Source: a virus (Duplodnaviria > Caudoviricetes). Taken from it: a stretch of DNA of 64,000 nucleotides. Position numbers and translations under genes: made by a program. The DNA lies in IMG/VR virus record IMGVR_UViG_3300014204_005796, positions 1 to 64,000 of that record; one strand, 5' to 3'. This document shows positions 1-8,388 of this stretch, piece by piece. Numbering within the stretch: position 1 is the stretch's first letter; the number at the start of each line of letters is the position of its first letter. Below the pieces are notes generated by a model, which saw nothing but the letters and a program-made list of their open reading frames with translations, was not told where the DNA came from and did no database searches.

Positions 1-16
1 CGGATTTGACGTATCA

Positions 17-529
17 TTGCTTTTATCCTATGGATTAATGGACCAAGCCCCGTTAAACGCCGGATTTACGGCAGGACACTATGAAATGCAGGCGTATCTT
101 GCTCCGGATTTAACATCAACGCCTGTACTTTTTGGTGCTCCTATGGTTTTTGACGTATATACACCAACACTCACTGTAACACGTACGCATACGTTAACTG
201 TGACACCCACAGTGACACCAACAGCAACTCCCACGCCTATTTATGCTTACAGTGGTCAAGACATTTTTATGAACACATATGTAAATATTACAACAACAAC
301 TGGTACATATAGAATTAATAATGAGTGGGGTATTAATATACAGCCGCTTGTCCAATTGGTGCCAAATGCACTAGGCGCTTACGTGGGCAGTGAGGCATGT
401 ATTATGTATGACGCTAAGTCTATTACTATAAATGTCTATTCATCCAGTGGGTCAATTGAAAATTGCTCTAGCGGGTGTTCTGTAGCTGTCACCATATATA
501 GAGACCGTAAAAATTTTCCGTGGTGGTAA
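17..529 (+). CDS. C-terminal part of a Thr/Pro-linker protein (gene probably begins upstream of the window) with a small beta-rich C-terminal domain
   Basis: Frame appears open from the window edge; TPTLTVTRTHTLTVTPTVTPTATPTP linker followed by an ~80-aa domain resembling the C-termini of the next two ORFs. Confidence 0.75.
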   Translation: MLLSYGLMDQAPLNAGFTAGHYEMQAYLAPDLTSTPVLFGAPMVFDVYTPTLTVTRTHTLTVTPTVTPTATPTPIYAYSGQDIFMNTYVNITTTTGTYRINNEWGINIQPLVQLVPNALGAYVGSEACIMYDAKSITINVYSSSGSIENCSSGCSVAVTIYRDRKNFPWW

Positions 530-539
530 AGGAGTGCTA

Positions 540-3068
540 ATGAAAAAGTTAGTTCTATTAGTCGCACTGGTAGTCTTGTTAAGCACTTCCTTGCTTGCAG
601 GAAACATTACCTTTGATACTTCCTCAAGTGCGACGGGTTCTGGCGCAGTTTCTGCAACTCTGCCCCATACAGCTAGTGGTGTATTTAGAATGGCTATAGT
701 TGTGATTTCACTTCGTGGAAACACGTCTGTAACAAATATGTACTATGGACCAGTTACCATGACGTCAGGTCTCGCTGTAACGTCTACCAATGGGCTCAGA
801 ACGGAGTTATGGTATGCGCCAGATATTCCAACAGGTAGCCAGACTATTTCAGCAAATTGGGGAATAGCTGTAGACTATATCATAGGATGCAATACATATA
901 CAAACGTTGATCCCGCGGTTTATACAGGGACGTACAATACAGGCGCAGGTGTGTCTTCAATATATACCAATATTACAACGATACAGGCAAATAGTTTACT
1001 TGCGGGAATTGCTGCCTGCAGAAGGTCATCCACATTTACGCTACATACCGGTATGACTTCAAGATTCAGCTTAAGTGTTGGTGTGGGTGTAAACTCTATG
1101 CAAGGCGCTGGATATGACTACCAGGCCGCGGGGGTTACGACTTACCCGTTAGGAGTTACCGGCAGTGTTAGCAGCGATTACAATATTTTAGCCCTAGAGT
1201 TATTGGCTGCAGAGGATACACCAACAGTCACACCGACAGTCACACCGACAGTCACACCGACGATTACAGAAACCTATACGATATCACCCTCCCCGACAGA
1301 TATAGTATTTTCAGCCACCGTTACACCGACGCTAACGGAGTCTCCGACGCACTCAATTACAGAAACAGCGACGCCTACGTACACAGAAACCGCTACAGAC
1401 ACGGTAACTCCTACGATTACAGAAACGTTTTCGGCAACGCCCACGTTAACGCCTAGAACAATAGAGACTCCATTCTTTTCAAAGTTTTTTGGCGGCACTG
1501 GCGACGAGGTAGGCATGGCAGCATATACATGCTTAGATGGCAACTATATTCTCGGTGGAACTACAACGTCTTTTGGGGCAGGCGGGAAAGACATATATGT
1601 TATAAAGACTGACGCTGTAGGGAACATTATTTGGTCAAACGTTTTTGGTGGACCCTTGGATGAAGCCATAAATGATCTTGTGGTAATGTCTGATGGAACA
1701 TACATACTCGCTGGAGGAACTAAGTCTTTTGGCGCAGGAGCGTCCGATGGATACTTAATCAAAATAGACTCCACAGGGAATTGTATTTGGTCTCATACAA
1801 CAGGGGGACTTCAGGACGAGGAAATTCAAGGTATTAGGCAGGAAGGCGCTTATTTGTATACGGCGGGGTTTTCAAATTCTTTATACCCGTATAACTATAA
1901 GGGGCGTATTATGAAGTGGGACGCCGCAACAGGCGCTATATTGCAGGTTAAATACATAAATTATCCTGGGTACGACGTGGAGTGCTATGATTTAGAATAT
2001 ACACACGACGGTGGTTGGATGGTAATTTTAAGCACTAATAAGTATAACAGTAATTCCATGCCGCAAGGCGTTATTATTTTACTGGATGAGAATTTGAATG
2101 AGATAGCACACACGTCATTTGGTGATACTGATTTTACAGCGTCTCAATTTATAACTTTATTTCATGATGACACGTACAATGATTACATTGCTGCGGGGTA
2201 CTCCGAGTATGATGGTATTAACTCTCGTAGGTGGATTGCCCATATAGAACACGACTTAGAAGTCGAGTGGGAATGGAAGGGCGTGTTATTTAATGCAGGA
2301 TTTAACTCAGCGAACTGGGCCATTCCATATGCTCCAGATCTGGGATATGTTACCGCTGGAGTTAATGTCATAGGTACCTCTTTGGGGGCTTTCTCGGTAT
2401 TTACCGAGTCAGGGGAAGTTATACTACGCAGGTATTACGGCGTCGATGGGTATGACACATCTTTTTCTGCAATAACACAGAGCAGTGATTTTGCGTTTTT
2501 ATCCATGCTTGGTACGTCTGGTGACCCCGCTGGTGCAGGCGGCACAGATTTTTTATTTCTTATAGAACCTAATTTGGTTATTCCTACGTTAACTTCAACA
2601 GCTACACCTACAGTAACACCTACATATGATGAGACTGTGGGTCCGACGCTGACGCATATAGCTCAAGAAACAATAAATGCTTCCTCCGCCACACCAACAG
2701 TTACCACTACATATACTATAACAGCCACGCACACCGTTTCTTTCACAGGTACGCCCACAGCAACTCGCACACCTGGCGCTGTCATACAGACTTCCCGTAC
2801 AAAAATGGTAAAACATTTGGTAATTACGGACGCTGCTGGTGTAGGTACCGTGACATGGCCCTACGACTGGCATACAGACAAATCTTTTACATATTATATA
2901 CAGACTATATCTGCACCTGCAGATAGCACATACATACCTTTAGCGGGTCCAAACTCAATAACACTTATGATGATTAAGGCCAGTGACACATCACAGGTAG
3001 TAGATTGTTCAAGCACAAATGCAGTATTTGATATACTGATTTGGTATGATTTGACGCCAACACAATAG
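540..3068 (+). CDS. Secreted-type multidomain protein: signal peptide, beta-sandwich, Thr/Pro linker, beta-propeller, second Thr/Pro linker, C-terminal domain
   Basis: AAGGAG RBS before ATG 540 (ORF track starts at GTG 534); MKKLVLLVALVVLLSTSLLA signal peptide; repeated FGG...DG.YIL.G.T.SFGAG..D.Y.IK.D..GN.IWS propeller blades; TPTV repeats. Confidence 0.8.
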   Translation: MKKLVLLVALVVLLSTSLLAGNITFDTSSSATGSGAVSATLPHTASGVFRMAIVVISLRGNTSVTNMYYGPVTMTSGLAVTSTNGLRTELWYAPDIPTGSQTISANWGIAVDYIIGCNTYTNVDPAVYTGTYNTGAGVSSIYTNITTIQANSLLAGIAACRRSSTFTLHTGMTSRFSLSVGVGVNSMQGAGYDYQAAGVTTYPLGVTGSVSSDYNILALELLAAEDTPTVTPTVTPTVTPTITETYTISPSPTDIVFSATVTPTLTESPTHSITETATPTYTETATDTVTPTITETFSATPTLTPRTIETPFFSKFFGGTGDEVGMAAYTCLDGNYILGGTTTSFGAGGKDIYVIKTDAVGNIIWSNVFGGPLDEAINDLVVMSDGTYILAGGTKSFGAGASDGYLIKIDSTGNCIWSHTTGGLQDEEIQGIRQEGAYLYTAGFSNSLYPYNYKGRIMKWDAATGAILQVKYINYPGYDVECYDLEYTHDGGWMVILSTNKYNSNSMPQGVIILLDENLNEIAHTSFGDTDFTASQFITLFHDDTYNDYIAAGYSEYDGINSRRWIAHIEHDLEVEWEWKGVLFNAGFNSANWAIPYAPDLGYVTAGVNVIGTSLGAFSVFTESGEVILRRYYGVDGYDTSFSAITQSSDFAFLSMLGTSGDPAGAGGTDFLFLIEPNLVIPTLTSTATPTVTPTYDETVGPTLTHIAQETINASSATPTVTTTYTITATHTVSFTGTPTATRTPGAVIQTSRTKMVKHLVITDAAGVGTVTWPYDWHTDKSFTYYIQTISAPADSTYIPLAGPNSITLMMIKASDTSQVVDCSSTNAVFDILIWYDLTPTQ
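1221..1261 (+). repeat. 12-bp tandem repeat encoding (TPTV)n linker
   Basis: ccaacagtcaca ccgacagtcaca ccgacagtcaca ccgac. Confidence 0.85.
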
Positions 3069-3076
3069 GGGACAAC

Positions 3077-4630
3077 ATGAAGAAACTCTTACTTGTAAGT
3101 TTACTCACATTATGCGTCATAACAGGAGCATTTTCGGCTACTTCCAGTGCCTGTGCTCCGGGTCCAGTTTTTGACACAACAGTAACAGGTTCTGCTAACT
3201 ATGGTGCTTGGGACGGCACATATTTTTGGACAACTAATTGGGGGCCTTATTCAATATCTAAGTTGGACCAGGCAGGTCAATTAGTTGAAACTTATGTCCT
3301 AGGATGCGCTGATTTCCCAACAGATTGTTTTGCTCCATTACAAGCAGCTTTCGATGGAACCTCTCTATGGGTAGGGAGCTCAACGGTAAATGGTAATTTG
3401 GCTAAAGTAAACGTATCCACCGGTGCTGTAGAGGAAAAGTTCCAGATGAATCCTACGGGAGCGGGCATAGGAGGGATTCAAAGCGTTATGTGGGATGGTA
3501 ACTACTTATACATAGGTGTAGCTCAATATGGTGTTACAGGTGGCGGCTTAGTATTAAAGTTTGATAATACCTCATATGCAATTCTTGGTACCGCTACAGC
3601 CCAGTCAAACGTAAATGGTCTATGTTACACTGTAGAGTCTGGAACTACTTATGTGTGGGCAGCTTGTGATATGCTCATTACAAAAATAAATACTACTGAT
3701 ATGAGCCATATTACCATAGATACTGATGGTTTAATTTATAGAGTAGCAACAGATAATACCTACATATATGGGGCTGAGTGGCTAGGTCCAAGTTCCTCAC
3801 CTAGAGTTGTAAAGTTTGACCTGGATGGAAATTCTCTTAGTTCTTATCAGACGCCTCCAGGCACACTTGGGTTAAACTCAGTTGCTGTAGCAGGCGACTA
3901 CCTTTATACAACAAGTGATAGTGACCGAGTTATAGTATTTGATAAAAACACGGGGTTAGGTACATGCGTATATACCGCAGGGAGATGTGATGTTGTTCCG
4001 GACTCATTTGGCTATGTGTGGAATGTGGGACTTGACCACGTATTCAAGCTGGGTTTAGGTTACTCGGTGTCCTATACAGCCACGCCGACCTCTACGCGTA
4101 CAGCTACTCCTACACCTACGAGTACTAAAACTATTACGGTTACAAAGACACCAGTTAACACACGTACGTTTACAGCTACACCAAGTGCAACAAAGACTAT
4201 TACTGTAACGCGGACAGAGACAACTGTATATACTGCCATGAATACGCCCACAACCAGGTATACGCGTACGTATACACCTACTGTGACGCCAACAACAACA
4301 GTTACCTACACAGTGACAGCTACACCGACGCAGACGCCTGATACAATACTTGTGGATACTACTAATGTTCTATTTCATGGCAACTTTGTAATGAATTCAC
4401 CTGTAGGTCAGGCGACCGTTACAATTCCTGCAGATATACTTACGCATTTTCCCGACGGAAAATGGAGTGTTTGGTTATGCCGGGATAGTGCTCCGGGGTT
4501 TACATATCTGGATGTTTTGAAAGGTAGTGGAGTCTTTACTGTAGAAACACGCTATGTATATGATAACGCTTTTGCGAGTTGTTTAGATCTGCCATTCACG
4601 GTATACTACAGCGTATTTAAGGAGCCTTAA
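3077..4630 (+). CDS. Secreted-type protein: signal peptide, YncE/glutaminyl-cyclase-like beta-propeller, Thr/Pro linker, C-terminal domain
   Basis: MKKLLLVSLLTLCVITGAFSA signal peptide; repeated WDGTYFW / FDGTSLW / WDGNYLY blades; long T/P tract. Confidence 0.8.
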   Translation: MKKLLLVSLLTLCVITGAFSATSSACAPGPVFDTTVTGSANYGAWDGTYFWTTNWGPYSISKLDQAGQLVETYVLGCADFPTDCFAPLQAAFDGTSLWVGSSTVNGNLAKVNVSTGAVEEKFQMNPTGAGIGGIQSVMWDGNYLYIGVAQYGVTGGGLVLKFDNTSYAILGTATAQSNVNGLCYTVESGTTYVWAACDMLITKINTTDMSHITIDTDGLIYRVATDNTYIYGAEWLGPSSSPRVVKFDLDGNSLSSYQTPPGTLGLNSVAVAGDYLYTTSDSDRVIVFDKNTGLGTCVYTAGRCDVVPDSFGYVWNVGLDHVFKLGLGYSVSYTATPTSTRTATPTPTSTKTITVTKTPVNTRTFTATPSATKTITVTRTETTVYTAMNTPTTRYTRTYTPTVTPTTTVTYTVTATPTQTPDTILVDTTNVLFHGNFVMNSPVGQATVTIPADILTHFPDGKWSVWLCRDSAPGFTYLDVLKGSGVFTVETRYVYDNAFASCLDLPFTVYYSVFKEP

Positions 4631-6198
4631 TGCTGTGGTCAGCACTTATACTTAACGGACTTTACTCATTGGTAGGCGCTAAGGTCGCTTCTTTGAAAGC
4701 AGGAAAGGATATAAATATGAATCATCCTATACCTCCAGAGTACCAGAGTGTAATAGACAAGATCAAACCAATAGCTCAGCAACACGGCTACAAAGTTTAT
4801 GCTGTGGGTGGGTTTGTTCGTGATCTCGTATCGGGGTCAGCTCCTAAAGATTTAGACATGCTGGTAGATGGTCCTGGGTATAACCCGGCCGTAGAGTTTG
4901 CTGATATTCTTGAGGCAGCTGGTGTTGGGAAACACGTAGCCACTTTTGATAAGAACCCAAGCCGGCTGGATACTATGGCAATGCGTTTTGGCGTAGCTAA
5001 AATGCTTATTGAGGGTCAACACATAGAACTGGTTATGCCCCGGGGAGAACACTACAGTTCTGAATCCCGTAAACCTGAAGTGTTTAAGGCCACAGTAAAA
5101 GAAGACGCGCTGCGGCGTGACTTTACGGTGAACACACTAATGCTTGATATTGGAACCGGAGAAATATTGGACCCTACCGGTCGTGGCCTTGAGGATCTAA
5201 AAAATAACGTGCTTCGTTCTGCAAATCCTGACGTTGACAGGGTCTTTTCTGATGACCCACTGCGTATGCTTCGGGCCGTACGTTTTATGGTTACCAAAAA
5301 TATGGACTTAGACCCTGAAATAGAAGAGGGTATAAAGAGGAACGCGCCACGCCTCCAGATAATTTCCGGCGAGCGTATTACGGAAGAGTTAAAACGCATG
5401 CTTACCGTTGCGGAGAGCCCTAGTAGGGCAATGCGGAAACTTAAAGACCTTGGTTTACTACATTACTTTATGCCTGAACTGGAAGACACCGGAAACACTA
5501 TGGAAGGTGGACCTCCTTATCACAGGGATGAGTCCACTTTTGACCATATAATGCGTACTCTGGATAGCATGCCGCCGGATCTGACCGGGAGGTTGGCCGC
5601 GTTGTTACATGATATAGCCAAACCACACACTCGCAGTGAAGAATTTAAGGAAGGCGTAGAGAAAGCTGTGGTTCACTTTTTACAGCATGAAGACGTTGGC
5701 GCGGATATGGCAAAGCATATTTTGCAACGACTAAGGTTTCCACAGGAAGAGATTGATAACATAGCAAAAATTGTGGAGCATCATATGGTGCCCCACACGT
5801 ATAATAAGGATTGGCGAGATAAAAGTCTTAGGCGCTTTTTAGTAGACATGGGCCAGCTTATACACTATATATTTCAGCTGGCTGAGGCCGATAGAAGAGG
5901 GTCCGGTATTGAAAACTCTGAGGCTGATGTGCGCTTACAGGAATTTAAGCAGCGCTTGGAAGGTATGAAAGACCAGCCTATACCGGTAAAACCTGTAATT
6001 AATGGGCTAGAGCTGATGACAGCCTTCAACTCAGGTGCTGGACCTTGGATTAAAGAAATACATACAGCTTTGGTAGACTTTCAGATGGAAAAACCAGACC
6101 TAACGAAAGAGGAAGCATGGAATTTTGTAAAAGAGTACGTACGTATAAAACGTCCCGACCTGGCAGAAAAGCTTGGTAGAGGCTTGACGAAATCTTAA
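4630..6198 (+). CDS. cca: Class II CCA-adding tRNA nucleotidyltransferase with HD phosphohydrolase domain
   Basis: Motifs VGGFVRD..PKDLD, flexible loop RGEHYSSESRKP, EDALRRDFTVN, DDPLRMLRAVRF, ISGERITEEL; HD domain ALLHDIAKP..HEDVGA..HHM..AD; start 4630 has AAGGAG plus TAATG overlap, alternative start at 4717. Confidence 0.95.
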   Translation: MLWSALILNGLYSLVGAKVASLKAGKDINMNHPIPPEYQSVIDKIKPIAQQHGYKVYAVGGFVRDLVSGSAPKDLDMLVDGPGYNPAVEFADILEAAGVGKHVATFDKNPSRLDTMAMRFGVAKMLIEGQHIELVMPRGEHYSSESRKPEVFKATVKEDALRRDFTVNTLMLDIGTGEILDPTGRGLEDLKNNVLRSANPDVDRVFSDDPLRMLRAVRFMVTKNMDLDPEIEEGIKRNAPRLQIISGERITEELKRMLTVAESPSRAMRKLKDLGLLHYFMPELEDTGNTMEGGPPYHRDESTFDHIMRTLDSMPPDLTGRLAALLHDIAKPHTRSEEFKEGVEKAVVHFLQHEDVGADMAKHILQRLRFPQEEIDNIAKIVEHHMVPHTYNKDWRDKSLRRFLVDMGQLIHYIFQLAEADRRGSGIENSEADVRLQEFKQRLEGMKDQPIPVKPVINGLELMTAFNSGAGPWIKEIHTALVDFQMEKPDLTKEEAWNFVKEYVRIKRPDLAEKLGRGLTKS

Positions 6199-6211
6199 TA
6201 GTAAGTATACT
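6184..6211 (+). promoter_or_regulatory. Putative sigma70-type promoter for the head/packaging genes
   Basis: TTGACG-N16-TATACT followed by AGGAGG RBS of 6232. Confidence 0.5.
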
Positions 6212-6231
6212 TTACTTAGGAGGCTTTATAA

Positions 6232-6852
6232 ATGGCATACCCCGCAGCATATGACATATTTACAGGTGTAAAAAAACGTGGCAACGTGGTAACCGAGAAT
6301 ATAGGTCTGCCTGCGTCAGCCACTCCTGTGGTTTCTACGGTTTCATACCCCATTTTGAGTACTGTAACTGTCCCAGGCTACACAGAGGTTTCTACTACCC
6401 CGGCAGCAAATCAATTTCAGGTATTCTATGGTACAACCACGATTGTATTCGGACCATTCGTATTTCCATCCACAGTTGCCGTGACATACACCACGAAGGG
6501 TACTCTTATTTCCGACCTTCCCATACAAGGTCTTATCACAGCTGTTACCAGCATAGAAAGCACCCTTGGACTAAACCCGCAGGGAGCCTATGCGACGCTT
6601 GTTGCACGTCTTTTAGCAATTGAAGCAGGTGGCACCCATACACATAATATCTATGATTTTTCATCAGCTTGCGATGGTACGAACGTAACGTTCGTACTGC
6701 CACAGACTCCAACGCAACCAAATGCTACAATGGCAGTACTAAACGCATGCACGTATACCACTGGATATGGTTTCACTATTTCCGGAGATACTATTACATT
6801 TACAGTTGCACCATCCGCGAGCAGCAGTCTCGTGGTTTTTTACATAGTATAA
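6232..6852 (+). CDS. Virion structural protein (fibre/baseplate-associated type, C-terminal small beta domain)
   Basis: IESTLGLNPQG..TL.ARL..IE and DG.N..F.L...P...ISGDTITF..AP patterns typical of large-phage fibre and structural proteins. Confidence 0.6.
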   Translation: MAYPAAYDIFTGVKKRGNVVTENIGLPASATPVVSTVSYPILSTVTVPGYTEVSTTPAANQFQVFYGTTTIVFGPFVFPSTVAVTYTTKGTLISDLPIQGLITAVTSIESTLGLNPQGAYATLVARLLAIEAGGTHTHNIYDFSSACDGTNVTFVLPQTPTQPNATMAVLNACTYTTGYGFTISGDTITFTVAPSASSSLVVFYIV

Positions 6853-6907
6853 GGTGACTACAGACCAAAACACCCCTAGTGCCCTTAGGGTTTAGCAGGA
6901 GTAAAAT

Positions 6908-7192
6908 ATGAAACAACCAATGCTTATCAAATTGAACGAACAGGCCGCAGACGACTCACTGACGGACCTCGAGGTTAAAAGTGATGCCGGTATTAAAGAG
7001 TCAAAACTTGCACTAGACCACGCCACGTCAGATCTTTTTACAGAGTCGTTGCGCATTGACCAGGACCGCACTGTGGCGTCAGGAGTAAACATAAGAGTTA
7101 ACTGGCTAATCCTCATTGACCAAATAACCGGAAAGCATTATAAGCTTACAATAGAAAACGGTGAGATCTTACTATCAGAGGTTCCTGCATAA
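6908..7192 (+). CDS. Small putative virion protein
   Basis: AGGAG RBS; KSDAGIKESKLAL pattern resembling phage fibre-like proteins; TAATG overlap with next gene. Confidence 0.6.
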   Translation: MKQPMLIKLNEQAADDSLTDLEVKSDAGIKESKLALDHATSDLFTESLRIDQDRTVASGVNIRVNWLILIDQITGKHYKLTIENGEILLSEVPA

Positions 7193-7425
7193 TGAATGTA
7201 AATCCTACGTCTTTAAAAAAGCTGTGGGAAACACAGCAGCGAAAAGATGTGCGCCGGACGCTCAATCCTTTAAAACAGCTTGAGAATAAGCCGAACTCAC
7301 ACACAGACTATGTAAACAACATGAACGTAACGGATAAAGACAAGGCGATGGATTCGGATTTGGAAGGTCAAGGTGGGTCATCTCTTGGCGTGGGCATGCC
7401 TGACACACTAAATCCTAGTTACTAG
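7192..7425 (+). CDS. Hypothetical protein
   Basis: TAATG coupling, GAGGT RBS. Confidence 0.65.
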   Translation: MNVNPTSLKKLWETQQRKDVRRTLNPLKQLENKPNSHTDYVNNMNVTDKDKAMDSDLEGQGGSSLGVGMPDTLNPSY

Positions 7426-7433
7426 GAGTTTAA

Positions 7434-8117
7434 ATGTTAACGACATATGGTGCCTTACTAACAAAAAAATTAGAGTTCCTTTTAAATCGTACTTTAACGG
7501 CCACGGAGCGCAAGTACTTTTTACGCAAAATAAAAACGGGCAACCGCCAGGAAATAAAGGACGCAGCAGCACACTTAAACATTGCTAACTCCTTTGTACC
7601 TATAAGTTCTATTATTAAGCAGTACTCTTTGCACCAAGACTTATCGAGGCTTTCGAAAGAGGCGTTAGTACATATAGTAGAAGATGTTGTGGTAAAGACT
7701 ACGTCTGTACGCGCAGGCTTGAGTATTCTAAGAAAAGCCGGCAGTATGTCTAAAGAAGTGCTTTTACAGTATGTATACGACCTATATTTGAAAGATGCGA
7801 CAGATCGTGAGAGGCGGCCACATAAGTACGCTAACCGTGAGGCTATAACCAATGACCAAGCCAACCGGCCTCCTACAGTAGAAAACCAATACGGTATTTT
7901 TAGTTTTGAAAACACGGATAAAAATAACAGTTTAACAGACGTAAAAACATATGATAGCAAAGGGGACTACTTGGCTGACGAGTTTAAACAGACGCCAGAC
8001 CATAATGGACCCAAAAAACCCGGTACTATTAAGGAACAACTTAAGCAGTACTTTAGGGTTCCCACGGTAAAGCCGACGGGCGGATATGAAGACGGCGGCG
8101 CTAACCAGAAGACATAG
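7434..8117 (+). CDS. Hypothetical protein, possibly head-associated
   Basis: AGGAG RBS; in operon upstream of terminase. Confidence 0.7.
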   Translation: MLTTYGALLTKKLEFLLNRTLTATERKYFLRKIKTGNRQEIKDAAAHLNIANSFVPISSIIKQYSLHQDLSRLSKEALVHIVEDVVVKTTSVRAGLSILRKAGSMSKEVLLQYVYDLYLKDATDRERRPHKYANREAITNDQANRPPTVENQYGIFSFENTDKNNSLTDVKTYDSKGDYLADEFKQTPDHNGPKKPGTIKEQLKQYFRVPTVKPTGGYEDGGANQKT

Positions 8118-8127
8118 GAGGAATTAG

Positions 8128-8388
8128 ATGGACGGTAAAAAACTTAAGACCAGGTACAGCAGGACGGTGCCGGCTGCAACAACGCTGAAGAGGCGTGCGT
8201 TTTTAGACACTTTGTACGACGAGGCTATGGAGAAGCCATATGATTATACTTCATTTAATGAAGCAATCACCGACCTTAGCAGCAAGTTCAAAGTTTCGCT
8301 GACGTTAGATGAGCTTGTTTATTTGAAAAAGAAGGCAAAAGCCGCTAATTTAACTTTTGCTAAACTTAGAGCAAAGATAGGAAACTAA
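8128..8388 (+). CDS. Small basic protein upstream of terminase (function unknown)
   Basis: AGGAGG RBS; TAATG overlap with terminase. Confidence 0.65.
   Translation: MDGKKLKTRYSRTVPAATTLKRRAFLDTLYDEAMEKPYDYTSFNEAITDLSSKFKVSLTLDELVYLKKKAKAANLTFAKLRAKIGN

Noticed and set aside
4710-4717. T4-type late promoter TATAAATA
   Set aside because: It overlaps the alternative start codon, and I did not see it recurring upstream of other late genes.
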